A stretch of DNA of 63,754 nt, filler included, from Collodictyon triciliatum (GCA_043381765.1; 4 parts of 4 records of this genome joined end to end with filler, not necessarily neighbours in it); one strand, 5' to 3'. Shown: positions 39,046 to 54,900, counted from the first letter of the whole stretch. Program-made: numbers and translations. Notes: a model not told the origin generated them from the sequence alone.

Positions 39046-40523
39046 ATGACCACCGTCGATCGGCATATCCGCACACTTCTACAGTCTGCGTCACAGGAGA
39101 AAGAGGCCCGTGGAGTACAGGAAGCGTATGGGATTCTGCTTCAGAACTTCCACCCCAGCAATGCGACCTCTTGCGAGAGTCACTTATCCATCGATCTCTT
39201 TGTTTCATGTGCCGAGACGGCTATTCAGGTAACCAGTGATAAACCTGGTGAACTTTACCGAGAGTATGCTGATCATTTGCGCCTTTCCGCTTCACAACTA
39301 CAACTTTTCTTTAAAATATTTTTAAAATATGAAATGGTTTTTTATGTACTCTTCATATGTGGAACTTGATCGATTCATAAGCCAAGAAACTGTTTTTATA
39401 TCGATTCGCAAGCTTTTTTATTACTAGAAATAATATATTCTTGTCATTTTTTCATACCAGTGCGGTGCTATCGAGCTTGCATCCCAATGCCTCACTTCAT
39501 TTTTTGCCTCCTCTCCACCACCAAACCAATATCTTTGTCGTGCATATTACTGCCGTGCACAAATCGAAGGAACACACGTGGACAGTCTCAAAGGACCCGT
39601 ACTAATGATTTTCTTCGGTTATAATCGTCATGGATATATACGTATATGCCTATCTGCTCTGTGTGAATGATTACATATCTGTTTCTAAGATTTTTTGTAC
39701 CACTTTTTTTGACAGGAAGCAGCGCAGCAGTGTCTGTTGTCGCTCAATTTTGTCATGCAGGGCCTCAGCTTGATCCAAAGCGACCCAAAGTGACTTTCTA
39801 TTTGCCTATTTTCGCCTCTTGACATGAATTTTCTGCTTTGATTCCTTTTCTACGTCCATGAACTCAATTGAGAACTAGTATACCCCAATATGCTCCACTA
39901 ACATTTCTTTTGAAGATACCAGTTTCTTGTCTACAACGGGTCTGTTGTGTACTGGCAGCTTTGTCGACCACTGATGCAAGACAGACTGAAAGTCAAATTA
40001 ATTCCAACATTGTCACAAGTTGTTAAGGCATTAGAAGACTCGAACGACTCGGATTTTGAATGGAGAGTCCGATATCTATTGTAAGAATATAATGATGATT
40101 ATACGTGAGCTATTCCCCCTCATTTTTATCTACAGAACAATCAGTTTACAATATCAACATGTTTTATATATTACGAAAATCATTTCATGAAAACGCACTT
40201 GTGTCACCTAACTAATTTCTCATATGGTTCAACAAACCAGGAATCTTGCTCGTTGTTACGAAGAGGCGAAGCAAATTGAAGAAGCTGTGAAAGTATCTCA
40301 AACAGCATTCGGATTGTGCCAAAAGCAGGCGACATCGATGAAAAGAGAAGCATATCGCGTGTTAATCCATGTTAGCAGACACAAGCCAGATGTGCTGAAC
40401 AAAGCAAAATCAGACGCCGGAAACCACTCTGATTTGAAAGCGCTAGCTTTGCTGCAATGCGTAAAATCGTAATTGTCTTATTCAATTAGGGCTGTCAAGA
40501 ATATTGTTTTTCTTCTCTTGATG

Positions 40524-40575
<52 letters not shown>

Positions 40576-43500
40576 TCTTCTCTCTTTTCTTATTCTCAGA
40601 GAGCAGTAAAATGTATACTTAACAAAAAAAGCTCGAGTTTTTGATTCCAAACCTCAATCTGGATGATGTTTCGTGGACTCCTGAAAACCAAATTGTAACA
40701 CTCCCTTTTCTCATTACGATATAGAGGGGTAACTATTCAACAGCCTCTAATTGAGAAAGATTTACAAGAAGCTGCCAAGTTGATTGAAAAAACAGACGAG
40801 GAAATACTAGCCGAAATCGGTCTAACAGCACTTTTTAGGGGAATTCTGACGCTCGCTGAAAATTGCGCAAAAAGGTTGCATTATTTTCTTTGATGTATAC
40901 TCTATTTGATTCCGGATTTATTGTTTTATGGTCACAATTATGATGGAAAAAATAAACTTTTTTAAACTCTAGCGGCCTGAATTCGAAAAGTCTTCGTGCA
41001 CGTGTCTTTAGCGAGCTCATCTACTCCGAGATGATGATAAGGAATCTGGGAGACCAAGATGCACAACTGAAATTCACAAATGTACCCTCCCCAATATGAT
41101 ATTTATAAAGGAATTAATTTACATTCGGTGTTTTCTGAGATACACGATGAATAATTAAGCTTTGAACACCAGTTTTGAATGAATTCTGAATTTTTTCTTT
41201 CATTTCATTTTCTTTATTATATGATTATTATTAACACCATTTTAAAAAAGGCCATGGTAAATGCCCGCATCGATGCATTGAAAAGGCTGGAAAAGGCATT
41301 GGCTTCATCTGCTCGAACTGGAGATGAAACTTTGATTGAAGACACTTGTTTGCTGATTTGGAACACAGCCTTACCTTTGCTCCAGGTATTTTCTTTGTTC
41401 ATATGCTTTAAATTCCCTTTTTATGTTATTATTAATGTCCATTTTACGAATAACTTCAATTTTAGACCCGTTATTTGTGTTTCTTGTTTCATATTAGTAT
41501 TACTGATTGGAAATCTATCGGAATATCTCAAGAGAGAGGATATGATCTAGAGGACACATTTTTTAATCTGTTCAATCACGACCCCTCCTAGACAAATTTA
41601 AGGGCAAACGTGAAAAGGCCATTAGAAAAGGCTGCGGCTGCGCTGGAAGAAATTCGCTCTCAGTTCCACCGTATTCGTGTCCAAATTCATCTTGAGTTGG
41701 CAAAATGTGAAATTGATGACGATTTGCTCGTGAAAGTAATTTCTCATGTTCTGTTATCGTCAGTGTTATTCTGCCCTGTGAATAGTACACCTCATATGGA
41801 CATTATATACACAAATATGAAGCAGACGAAAACTCTATGTCATTTTTTTCATTCTTTTAAAAAAGGAGAAGTAACTATTTAAATATTTACAGGCCAGACA
41901 AGAGGTCGAAAGAGGATTGTCTCTTGATTATCCAATATCAGATGAGGAGTTTGAGAGTCTCAGAGTTCTCAGGCCTTTGGACAGATATTTAGAGCCCCTG
42001 AAGGCCCGGTTGGACTTGCGCACAAGACTTTATGTGCAGCCTGAAAGGTAGGAAAACACTCCAAAAATCAAAAGAAAATGTTGAGATGAAGTACCTTTTT
42101 TTTAAAAAAAAAAAAACATATCGACAATAAATGACACACAGTTTTAATCTTGTATCGCAAATTAATTTGACATAGCGTTCCAACAAGTTTGATATGCTCT
42201 GCATGATGCATCATTGGAAGAGTATTATGTGTGATTTTCCTTTATGATTTATGCCCCAAATTGTACATTCAGACCCGAGGAGCAAGCCATGCTTTTGATT
42301 GACCAGGCGAGAGATGCGAAGGAAAACAGCCTCAAAGCAACTTTATTGGAAAGGGCTGTAATCATTCTACAAGCCCCAACTCAAAATGACCCCAGCTTAG
42401 GTGGACGTGAAGATAAAGTTATTCTGAAAGAAAGGTGTTACACAGTTTCTTGATTGAATTGAAGAGCCTATACCCATGAAAAAATACGCCACCCATCCTA
42501 TTTGCAATGACCATATGGACAAGTGCTCATTTTCTTTAATATAAATCAGAACGTATCTATGGATCGACATTATCAAGACAGCTTGGAAATACAAAATGCT
42601 ACGATTGGTCAGAAAATGTATTCCATATGCCTTGGCATCTGAATGGGATGTGGTTCGCGACAAGGATTTGGTGCGACTGCAAGCAGACGTCCAATTCATT
42701 AACGGAGAAACAATGATTATGGAGGGAGAAGATAGCAGTAAGATAAATTAGTATTTTGCATTCTTTTTCTTTATGTAACTGTATGTTCATTTATCTTCTG
42801 GTTGTCTCATTAAGGCTTTTAGATTGAAACATATACCGACATTTGTTAAATGTAATTACTTATCTAAGCCTAAATATAATCTAATTCAGGCGATGACATG
42901 CTTATTATCAAAGCAGCGTCTTGTTTCCTTGAAGGAATCAAACTTGGCCTGAAATTAACTGAAGATTACATGGTCGTGAATGGATGCATATACATATGGA
43001 ACTATTTTGTTCCTTTCTTCAAAGTCAACCGAAATTGGGAAATAGTCGGCCCTCTCGAAGAGATCTATGGAATCTTGACAAAGATGGAAAATCGACCAAC
43101 ACAGCTCTTCTGTAACATCTCAAACTCATACGTTTGTGCTTTAGAGCAATTGGCTGTGCAACGTGCCAACGGAGCCATACCGCCTGCTGAAGAGCCTGGA
43201 AAAAAAGGGGACCCAGCTGGTTCAAAGGCAAAGACAAATCCCGTAACAACCTTAGCAACTTCGCCCGATCTGAAAAAAGCAGAGGAAGCCTGCCGTGCGG
43301 CTTTGGTGATAGGAACTCCAATGCAGAAAAAGGATTTGCTGAGTTCATTTTCTCGGATTTGCCGTCTGAGGGGGATTCCAGCACAGCTTGGGTCTACAGG
43401 TAAAGGAGCCCCACCAGTCGAAGCTGAGAGCCAGGTAAATGCTAAATTTTGAATGATACTGATAAACGTGATATTATTTTTCTCTTACCACATCTTTCTT

Positions 43501-46500
43501 AGCACATGTTCAGTAATTTAATTGGTTTCAGATTATCATATACCTTGAGCAGCTTACCAACTCAACCGAGCCGGCCCCCAAAAAGAAGGAATATCTTATT
43601 AAAACAAACGAGTTGCTCAGAGAGGCTGTAAATAATGTGGAGTTGCATGCCAGGGCAGGTAAGGAAGCCTACAAACTTCAAGAGTATGTATTGGCATCAG
43701 ATTTTGCAAAGACAGCCTTACTGAGTTCACCAAAAGATATCGATGTAAGCGGTTCACACCATTTTCAATAAAATTCACTCAAGTATAAAATAGGAATGTA
43801 TTTGCATGGAAGTTGATTCTTGATTCTTGATTCTTTTCGATTTTCCCCTAACGCTGGTTGTAAATGAATGATTTTTCCTTGAAAGTCTGCCGTGATACGC
43901 CAATCGGAAGCAAAGACTTGGAGATGGTATTCAATCTGCGAGGAGCTCCTTGGAAAATGTCTCCTGGCTTCCATCGACCCCACAAGGTTTAGTTTCATAT
44001 ATTAAATGTTGATTTTTCTTACTATTTAGGAATACTATACTGTCGGAATTTTAATATATTTTATATATGACATAAAATCTCCAAGAATATATACAGGGGT
44101 AAAAATAAGATTTTATGAACTTTGTCTCCAGAAAAATAATCAACCATTTTAAATATCATTTTAAATAGGCAAGAAAAAGGGTTTCAAGACCAACTCCGAC
44201 AACAAGCAATAAATCACTTTGCCACTGCCGTTAAGGTAGTTTATCATATGACGGATTAAATTCAATTTTTCATATATCATGTATAAATGTCTAATAATAG
44301 CCGGAAAATAATATGTAGTTTGCATCAAAAGCAAGCGTGCAAATCCTCATATTATCCGTATCAAGACATTTTTGGAATGCTGCCACTGCATTCATGATGT
44401 CACCAGTATATTTTCGATATCACCCATAGTATTACTGTATATATCCCATTTTCACTTGTTTGAGATGTCGATATTGCTGGCAATTAAAAACAACAACAAT
44501 AACAACCATCAAGGTGACTCGTCGTCTTCTTCTCAAGCCCCTCCAAATTATTGTTGAAAATCTTCCCCCGCCGACTTCTGAAGACTCAGAATCACTTGAA
44601 TTCCGAGTGTCTCTTTACAAGTTGCTTTTTGAGTGCTACAGCGACCAGGGAATGTGGAAGGAAGGTGTCAGCCTGGTGGGGCGAGCCTTTGAATCGCTAC
44701 CACAAGAGCACCACAAGGTAATGTTGACGACTAATGATTACTTCCCTTTCTCATCTATATACACCACCTTCTAAATGTATATTAAAACACAACAAAAGCT
44801 CCTTTTTTTTTTCATTGGTATTTATGCGCACATAACTATAACTATGATAGGCTCTTTGGGAAGCCAAAATCTCATTCCTTACAAAAGTTGGTAAAGATGT
44901 CGCTGGTGAAATGTTTAAAATCAAAGAGTATAACCCTCAAACACAGGCGCGGGTGAGTCTTTTGCTCTTAAAATTTTTTTTATTATTAATAATCATATCG
45001 TAGATTCTATCTTCCAAACATTCTCAAATAAAGCTAAATATGCAAAGGTCTGGGTGACGGTGGCTCGGTCGTCTTCCAATAAATATGACCAACTTGTTGC
45101 ATATCAGAAAGCCATTCATGTACGACACTTTACTTTGTGTCCCTGTATCTTTTGGTTTTTTTTTGTTATATTTATTTCTTTTTTCTTTAATTTTTCTTTC
45201 TTTTCTTCTTTTGTTTTTTTTATATTGGTATATTTTATATATTTTTTGTTTTGTATCTTTTTTTTTTGTTTATTCATTCGCTTTTATTATTTCTTATTTA
45301 TTGTCGCTCAAAATCACCTGGTGAATCTGTTATTTTCCTATTTTATAAAAGCTTTTAGAATCATATCCGATCAGCAAGGTGGACTTCATTATTGAGTTTG
45401 GAGAGTGGCTGTATTGTAATAATTTTCCCATCCAAGATGCACAAGATCAATTACAGGTGAAGCATCTTGCCTGGAATTTTGTCTACATCACTTTTTAAAA
45501 AAAAGAACATACTATTTGTGAATTTTCTCTAACAAATATTATTATGTATCATGATAATATAGGCAGCCGCAGACATCCTGTTGGATGCCGAAATGGCTAC
45601 ATCTTCTGCACTAGATGATAGATTGGAAACAAATTCGGACATAAGCCAATCTATATCGATGTCTCAGAAATCCTTGAACACGTCAAAATCTAGAAACCTC
45701 CGGACGTCTCGTAATTCCATCGGAAAGCAAAGCGTTCCATCAAGCAGAGGTTCCTAATTTTCCTATAATTTTTTTTTTTTTTTTTACGATTTTGCACATT
45801 TTCCTTTCATTTTATTGTTAGTAAAAGTTGTATGAATATATCCCTTTCTTTTTTTTCTTCTGTTAGAAAAAGTCCATAATAATGATAGTTCTTTTGAGTT
45901 CACTGCTTAAAGCGTGCACTTAAAAACTGAAAAACAACTGTGATTTTACCGCCGCTAGTGGTTTATGACAAAGTAATACCCTGACTGAATAGGAGAAACG
46001 CCATCTCTCTCGTCAAAATCTGGGCCGAGAAGCCGCACCATGTCAAGAGGAACGGTCTCATCGCAATTGAACGAAGAGATGCAGATGGAAGAAATGACCA
46101 TACACCATTACGAAATGCTTTGTCGCATTTACCTCATGTTGGCTCGTATGTCGCCAAGCTCATCCCAGAGAATAGATAATTGCTTCCTAGGGTATACATA
46201 TTTTATGAAGATGTGGGAAATGAGCGTAGAAAACGCCAACATTGCAGAGCAAGAAGAGGTTGTCCCCGACAAGGGCACGCCAACCAAAGTGGAGACATAC
46301 TCATTCCCAGATGACCTCTCTGGCTGGGTTGACTACTCGATCAGTTCGAAACTGCGCCAAAGATTTAAGGATAAATCCTCCTTTATGATAAACAAGAAAA
46401 CTATTGCAAAGCCGGAACTCTTATATTGGTACGTCAATTACATGATTGACTGTCTAAAGCTATTTGGGTACCATCTCCATTGTTGTCCTATATATGTCAT

Positions 46501-49500
46501 CTTTGAGCTGATTGCTGAGGATATTATGGGTTCGAAGGGCCTCTCAAACTTGATTCGCCTAGAGTTTGGTCATCTAGTTGAGCAATTGAATCTACCAGCT
46601 GTCAGCCATTCGATTATTGATGGTCTTGGTTCTTTTGAACTCAGCGAAGGAACAAAGAGACTCTACATGGAGGAGATTCGCCAAAGAAAACAGATAAAAT
46701 CGTCTCTGGATAGTCAAAATGTGCCGGGAACATCTTTGGATACAAAGGGAAAAGGGAAAGCATCACAGCCAAAAGCAGCCCCACCCGTTAAGAAAGTTTC
46801 ATACTATCGCATCCTGCACCCGATATATGTTCATGAAATATGGTTAAAACAGGCTGCCGTTCTCTATGGTATTTTAATTTCATCTATATCACAATCACTC
46901 AAATACATAATCTAACACTACTGAAAACTAAAATTATGATCGTAAAAAATGGAATATGACAGAACAAGGATACATCAAAGTGGCATCAGAATTGCTTCAC
47001 GAAGTGAAAATTCATGCAGACACGTACGATGATGAGGTTTTTATCTTCACACATTCGGCAGAAGTCGCTTTCTTTTATATATCTAACAATTGTTATCTCT
47101 TTTATCTTTAACTTGTCTTTTGTATTTTTACTTTGGCTGCGCACATAAACCAGTTGATACTAACTTTCTTTCTTCTTTTGTAATCAGATGTCCTACGCAG
47201 AATGTTTGCACCTGCAGGCAAAAATCGCCTATTTGCAAGGAGAATTTGAATCATCTTTGGAAGTTTGTCATCTTTGCTTGATATGTGTATTTTTTTCTTG
47301 CATGTATTAAATATATATATCGATTATTTAACTTTAATATTGTGCAATCCGAATGCAAAGTAAAATTTCCTAACTACCCACAAAGTTTGAAGAAATGGTT
47401 CTGAGGTCCCCACAAGAAATCGACTTGTTTATTCGCAGCACCATATCAACAGTAACCTACATGTCACAAATCAATCAAATCTCCCAAGCAAAATCACAAC
47501 TTCAAGAGAGAATACAACTGCTTATTCAGCTACAAGATTCACAATCAAACTGCATGAATGATATTCAAATAGCCGTGGTACAAATTTTGATTTTTCCATT
47601 TATTCGTATCTTACATTGAAATGATAAAATGAAGACCAATGCATTAAATTCATATTTGTCTGAAAATAATTATGATTTGACTGATTTCTTTGATGTATAG
47701 TGCCGCCTAAGGCTGTGCTATGGTACATTGCTATTAAGAGAAGCTTACGCGACGAAAATAAACGGAACTCCTTACGCGAACGAAGTGAAAGAGTCCATCA
47801 AAACATTCACAGATAGCTTGCAAGAGTTTGTATATACTCTCGTGTCTTCTTTCTAATATAACTTCTCAACCAGAAACTATAAAATAGTATTAAGCTCATT
47901 TATTATTCATCATGTATATTTTCTTAAAATAAGACCCAGCCAAGCCATATTCATGAACAAAATAACATACACTAGATTGTCAACTCACACAACTGGACCG
48001 TTGTACGTAGAATCTGCACTTAATGTGGCAGAGGCTTTGATGAATCCAATATGCGTCGATATTCACCCAAAACCTTTTTTGATGCGCCTCATTCGTGAAA
48101 ACCTCCGTCGTGCAGTTGTAGAAGGGACAAAATGTTACCAAGGAATCGTGGCCGAACCTTTGAAGGGAAACTTGAGCCTGCCACTATCACGACTTCTCAA
48201 CAAGGTTTCTTTATATTTGGATTTTGAATCTATCACATTCTGTGTGATTTACTCATTTACATTCGTCCTGACTTTAATCATACCTGTTTGTGTTCTTAGG
48301 CCAAGGTTCATATCGCAGAAGCGGAGCTCTATCTATCTCCCATGGAAATTCGAAGTTCGTATGTTCCGTTGATGGACGAAACCTTTGGTGACTTGCGAGC
48401 GTTGATTCCGTCACCAAGGGCTGATGAGGGAAAAGCCATACACCATTTGGCAGAAGAGAGGGCTTTTGTTTTAGCTGCTACTGCCTTCAATCAAGCAAGT
48501 GTACCGTCGTTGCATGCTGAAGCGTATAATATACTTGGAAAATGTCTCAAGTTGGTTTCCATGAAGAAAGTAAAAACGCAAGGAAAAACCGACGAGAGGC
48601 CCGACGATACAAGCAGGGGTTTGTTCTTTTCCTCTTTCGTTTCCTTATTCAATTTATTCTTTATTGTCCGTGTATTTGCTTATTTGAGGATATGTACGAT
48701 TGATATCTCGATTGTTATTAGTTGCCACAGGTTTAGAGAAAACAGAGCTTGTGCGAACAGCTGATACTCGGGATGCGTTGGACCAATCAATTACTCGTAG
48801 TATAGCTACAATCGGGACCGTGCAAAACACTGTGAGGAATAAATTCATTTCAATTTTATTAATTCACGTTCAATATTCTCTACTGTTCAGCCATGGTTTC
48901 TTTCGGTGTATTACATTTTGTTTTGTTTCATTTTGTTGCATACGCCGGTTTTTGCTCATCACGTGAAAATGGCCATGCGCCAATTACTTTTTTTTTTACT
49001 TTTTTTTTTTTTGTCGACTAGGTACCCCTCGATGAAGTCAACTACACTACCCAAATTCAAGAAGTCTTAAAAAATGCCATAGCTGTAGCTTTGAAAGAAG
49101 ATATGATGAATGTAGCCATTGACGCTTGCTTCCAGCTTGTGGAGTTATTTTTGGAAATCGATTCTCCTTGTGCCGCTGAATACCTTGTCCTCGCTCAAAG
49201 CTGCATGGTTCGCAAGGAGCTTTTATCAATCTATAGGTCTGCATGCGATTCGGCCAACAGAGAGGAGCTATTCCGAAAGTTAATGGACCATTTGAGAAAA
49301 ACGATACCGCAGTCTTGTGAGCATCCAGTTTTTAAAAAGTGTCAAGCATATATGCAGGTTTCTTTACCTAATCTTTATCAAAGTATGTAACAAAAAAAAC
49401 TATACAATATACTGTAATTCTGGAAAAATATGTCATGTAATTGAACTCGGAAATGATTTATATATCTCTCTGTAAATAGTCGCACTCACTGTCCTCAAAA

Positions 49501-51694
49501 TATCTTGATGTTCGCTCATCGTTCAGTGAAATTATAACAGCAACGCCTCCCGTGGGTCAATATAACCTTGTGTTTATGAAAGAAAAAAACACGAATATAA
49601 TTAATTTACTGCCAATATAGGAGAAGGTCAAGAACTTACATTTTTATCCAAAATTGCACATTAGAATACTCGTTACTTGATTATACAATCATCTGCATCA
49701 TCACCAGAAGGAACACCAATCCATGTTTCTTTGATTGGGCCGGACCCTAATGCAACGAGAACCTTTAAAAAACTTGTGAAGAGACATGTTTGTTTCACCT
49801 TTCACTTTCTATTCTATTTTCTCTGAATAGATTATTTTACCAGTTTGATTTAAACCCTTTTGTGTGACTAAAACCGCTCCAAATATCCAGGAATTAGAGA
49901 CCCTAAACACTGCTATGGTAAATTTCAAATATTCAATGCAAACCATGTCTGGTCGGCGTCGCAGGCTGAAAAAGAGAGAAGATTCCCCACCAAAGATGAC
50001 GCATGCGCGCTCTGTATCAAGCACAAATATAGGAAGCTCGAAGCAAAGGCCGACGTCCCCAGCAACAGAGGCATCTGGTAGATCAAAGCAAAGTACACAA
50101 AAGAAGTCTGCCTCTGGAAAAGGGCTGAGCAATTCTAAATCATCCCAACTAAAAGCGCAAGTACCTGCGCCACTCTCTATCCAAGAGGAAAGTGATTTTG
50201 TCGAGGTAGATGACGGGTTTGATGACACCCAATCTTCAAATCATGGTGAATCCAAGCTATTTGATGAAATCCTTCGGCTGACAGAATCATTCTTCCAGAC
50301 ACTATGTAGCGACATTAAAGAAAGTATGTAAATATTCGATATAAAGATGCATGCATACATAATCTTTTGAATAAACTTACTCCTAGTATCAAAATAGGCT
50401 AAATTACACTTTAAAATTGTATCCAAAACTATTATTGTACTACAGTGACAAATATAATATGTACACTAATATTGGTTTTCCCTGACTTTTTCCATCCTTC
50501 TTTCATGCACATAGTTTTATGTGCAGAGACCACTCCAGCGTTCAACCTGGTTATAATCGCCGATGCAAGCATGCAACAATTTCCGATGGAATCTGTCTCT
50601 TTGTTCAAAAAATGCATTTCTGTTACCCGAGATTTCTCGCTGCATATGCACCACAAAAGGCTATCAACACTATCTGAGAAGAAGCAATCGATGGTGATCA
50701 ACAAGAGCAGCTTTGGATGTTTGTTTTCCATCATAGGAATCTCTTTAGAAATCTTCCTAGCCAAAAAAAAATAAATGAATGAAATACTGAAACTCATCAA
50801 TGTTTTTTCTTTCTTTTTCGGTTATAGATATTGTAGACCCAAGAAATGAAGATTCATTGGCACACAGAAAGAAACCAGCGTCAGGTTTGCCTGTCCCAAC
50901 CATGCCAGATGGATTCACAGCTGAAATCCTTCGTGCGAATCCCTTTACTAAAGACTGGAAAGGAATTATGGGACTGGACTATCTGCCCAGTCCTGGAGAA
51001 TGGCAACATCTGTTGCGCGCTTATGCTCAGTTCATTTATTACGGATTCGGCCGCCCGATGGCCTTTTTCGACCCGAAGTATCTTGTTGGACTTAATCTTG
51101 ATGGTAATCGAATATCTGCATCAAAAATTATTATATTTAAGCTTATTCCAATGTCTGGTGATGACTAGTCTTTCTTGACACATACATATACACATACATA
51201 TACATTTGAATAGATTCAAACTTTGCCGTACTCTTGGGGCTGGTTTTGAATGACACCCACTACTTCCAGCAGATGAAGCTCGACAACTTGAAAAGGTATT
51301 TAATCAAATATTTGCGAAGAGAGTGGAATGAGAGAAAGTTGCGATTACATTTCTGTTTTGAATGGCACCAAAAGAGTAATTGTCAACATATATATTGTCA
51401 CACAGCGAGCAGCAGCGAGCCCTAGAAAACACAATCAACACTGCGGCCTTGTTTAGCTTACAAGGGTGCAAATCTATTGTGCTCAATCAATGGGGAACGT
51501 CTGTGGAGGCCAATCACTCACTGCTGGCGGTGCTCTTTAGGGGACTTAAGTCAAACAAGACAAGTGCAGAAACTGTGCATCAATTATTTCGTCTGGCTGA
51601 ATCTGCTCCAGACATTCACGAGTCTACCCAACCCCACCACCGATTCAACCCCGTTATCTATGGGTTGCCAGGGCTCAAAATGGATCAGAAATAA
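39046..51694 (+). CDS. CFAP46: Cilia- and flagella-associated protein 46 (TTC40), very large multi-exon gene
   Basis: Continuous in-frame GT-AG exon chain. Motifs DLFVSCAETA, PPPNQYLCRAY, YQFLVYNGSVVYWQ, CLLIWNTALPLLQ, EFGEWLYCNNFPIQD; C-terminal RDFSLHMHH, YIVDP, FIYYG, SIVLNQW, PVIYGLP. These are characteristic of CFAP46. Confidence 0.88.
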
Positions 51695-51915
51695 CCCATA
51701 TTGGCTCTCCTAGCAAAAGATTATTTCAAACCCCACATCAAAAAAAAAAAAAAAAAGGAAACAGTCAAGCCCTCAACAGTCGCATTTCTTTCTTTTGTAT
51801 TTATCGTTTTTTTACGCTTGTTTATTAGCATGGGTCTGAGTTTTTGCCTCCAAAACAGAAGAAATGCATTTTTTTTGGACAGACAAATTGAAACCAGGCG
51901 TGATGGTGAAGATGC

Positions 51916-54900
51916 TTAGTGATTGGTGGGTTTCGGATAGCTGATGGTCTTCAAAGTTACTGTTATTTCTGAGAGGGTTGCCGGGTCTTCGATTGTTGCT
52001 GGGGTATTGTAGGCCGAGCCATCCGCGATTTTCTGGATTGTCCCACGAAGGATCTTGCCTGACCTGTTTATGTGCACGGGCGTACATGGATTCAATTTCA
52101 AAATTATAATACAAAGTGTTTTTTTATGTTTGGTGTTTTATAGAGCGAGAGAACAGTATGTTTTTTTGTTTTGTTTGGAATTTATTATACCGGGTCTTTG
52201 GCAAGCGAGCAACAACGAGGGCGGTTTTGAACGTGGCGACAGCGCCAATTTTATCCCGCACTAATGTAACGCATTCTCTTGATATGCTATCGAGTTGCCT
52301 ACCCAATACACCGACAATAACCATCATGAGCGCAAAGAAAGAAAGAGAGGGAAATTCTGGCTGTTGTATGTGCGAGCCAATATATGTGTGGGATTGGTAA
52401 ATATTAAAAGTATACGAATCGTACTCTTGGGTGCGATTTCCATGTGATTTCAGAACGACAAACCCAATAGGAATCTAACAATAAGATGGGAAGCCCCAGA
52501 CTCGTCATTAGATAAACAATCAGGACTTAAAATGCGCCAGTTTTAAACGGGTTTGAACTGCGCTAGACTTGAGGCTGCATTTGTAAATCTGTGGAGCATT
52601 TGTAAATAAAACCTGTCCTTTCATACTGTCTTTCACCCCAACCACAGCACACTCAGCAACCTCTTTGTGCGACGATAAGACTTCCTCGATGGCTTCAGTA
52701 AGAAAACTTAATTATTATTATTTTTTTAAAAAAAAAAGGGCGTCTTCGAAAAATCTCATAAATTTGAAAGTCATACTCACCTCCAGTAGAAAGTCTTTTT
52801 CCGGCCACATTAATAATATCGTCTGTTCTTGACATGACATAGAGATATCCGTCCTATTTTAAATATATATAAAAGGAATCAATTAGCTGATGACATCGCT
52901 ACATCTTCTCTGCTTCTATCTGCCTTTTAATTAATGATTTGGTGCGGTGTGTATTAAATGAAGAAATCATCACTAGCGATTCATACTTCATCCACTATAC
53001 CAGCATCGCCAGTCGTGTAAAAGCCTTCCACTTCGCTGAAATAGCTTTGGGTGTATTTCGCATGGTCAGGGCCGTCCTTTCCCCAGAGAGTGGCAAAACA
53101 TCCCGGTGGAAGAGGAATTTTTACATAAATGGAGCCCTATTTTTCATCAGAGAAAATATTGATTTTTCAATTATTCCTTGAAGTTTGTGCAAGATGGTGA
53201 AGGTTTTTGTTTTTGTTTTTGTTTTGACTTTTGTTTTGGTTCGCCAGCCATCAGATGATTTTTTTTTTGAAAAGCCAGCTTGATGGAAAAAAATTCCTAC
53301 TAGAAATGGCTCAAAGATCAATTATAATTGTAAATAAGGTATCATTTGTAAAAGTTGGAAAAATGGTTGGCAAATGTAAAAAATGTAAAAGAGCGTTTTA
53401 CCATCACCCCTCGCGGAGCTTCTCGTTTCGAAACACGATCGATGACACGGATGTCATAACCCGGAACAGGTTTTGTCACAGAGCCTAACTTTGTGGGAAA
53501 CTTGAAGAAAGGTTTATTGACAATTTAATAGCCCTTTTTGGATATTTTTTTTATTAATCAAGCAAAAAAGGATATTAAAAGACATAACAGAAATTAAGAT
53601 ATTATAGTTATGTAAAGTAAATAAGTACATTCGTTAAATTCATAAAGTTTGAGGCCATCGGCCATCCGGTTTCAGTTTGCCACCAGTTATCCTTTTTTTT
53701 TTTTAAAAAAAAACTGTATGTTGAGAAACATTTAATTTGGATAAGTGCTTGGTCATTACAAGGATCTTACTATCACAGGTTTTCCTAGTAATTTTTGAAT
53801 CCAGGCTACTGAATTGGGGTCAGCATGCTCTCCAGCAAGAAATAAAGCCCTTAGAGACGAATGTCCTTCATTTTCCGAGAGGTTTGGTCATTCAAATTCA
53901 TATATATATATTCAAACGAGAATTTCAAGATGGAGCAGTGTGTAATAATGAGTTATAAATACAAATAACACTAAAAAACAATACCATATTTACGGAGTAG
54001 TTCCCCCTCTGGGTCTTCCTTTTTTATTGCCCGCAAGGCAGTGGGTGCTGTAAACATGGCATTAATCTTGTGTTTATCTACCAGATTCCAGAACATTCCT
54101 ACAAAAAAAAAAAAAAAAAAAAGAATTTACAGTTACGTTTAATAGATGTTGACTGCGTCTCATTGGGGTATGCACTGTAAAAATACATAATTTGCCAAAT
54201 CACCTGCATCTGGTGTCCCAACTGGCTTTCCTTCGTAAATCATCGATGTGCATCCCTGAATTAATGGTCCGTAAACAATATATGAGTGTCCCACAACCCA
54301 TCCAACATCAGACGCAGCCCAAAAGCGGTCTCCCGGGTGAAGTCCAAACACATGCCCCATACTCCACCGAAGGGCCGTCATGTATCCTGTTTCATATAAA
54401 TGATACAATTTTTTTAATAGAAAAAAGAAAAGAAGAAGAAACATACAGCTTAACAAAATTCAATTATCACATGATAAGACATTACACTTCCATATGTTAA
54501 ATCTTTTTTTTGGGTTTTCATACACACATTGAATTCTATCAAAATCTTGCATAGAGATAGTAAAAATATGTGTGAATTCATGAGAACCTCCATGGTCTCT
54601 CAAAACTCCTTTGGGGACACCAGTAGAGCCACTTGTATGCAAAACATAGAGAGGGTCGGTGGACTCCACTTCAGTACAAGGAACATATTTTGGTTGCTTG
54701 GCATACAGTTCATCAAAGTCCAAATCGCGACCCTCTGTTATAGCTGCAGGCAAGTCACTCCTTTGTATGACAACTACGTTGCTGGGCTTGTGTGCTGCGA
54801 TTTCAATGGCCTTGTCAACCATCGGTTTATAGGCAATAGGCTTTCCCATTTTCTCATATCCGCATGAAGCAGTTATTAAAACCTTTTTTTTTTTGTGACA

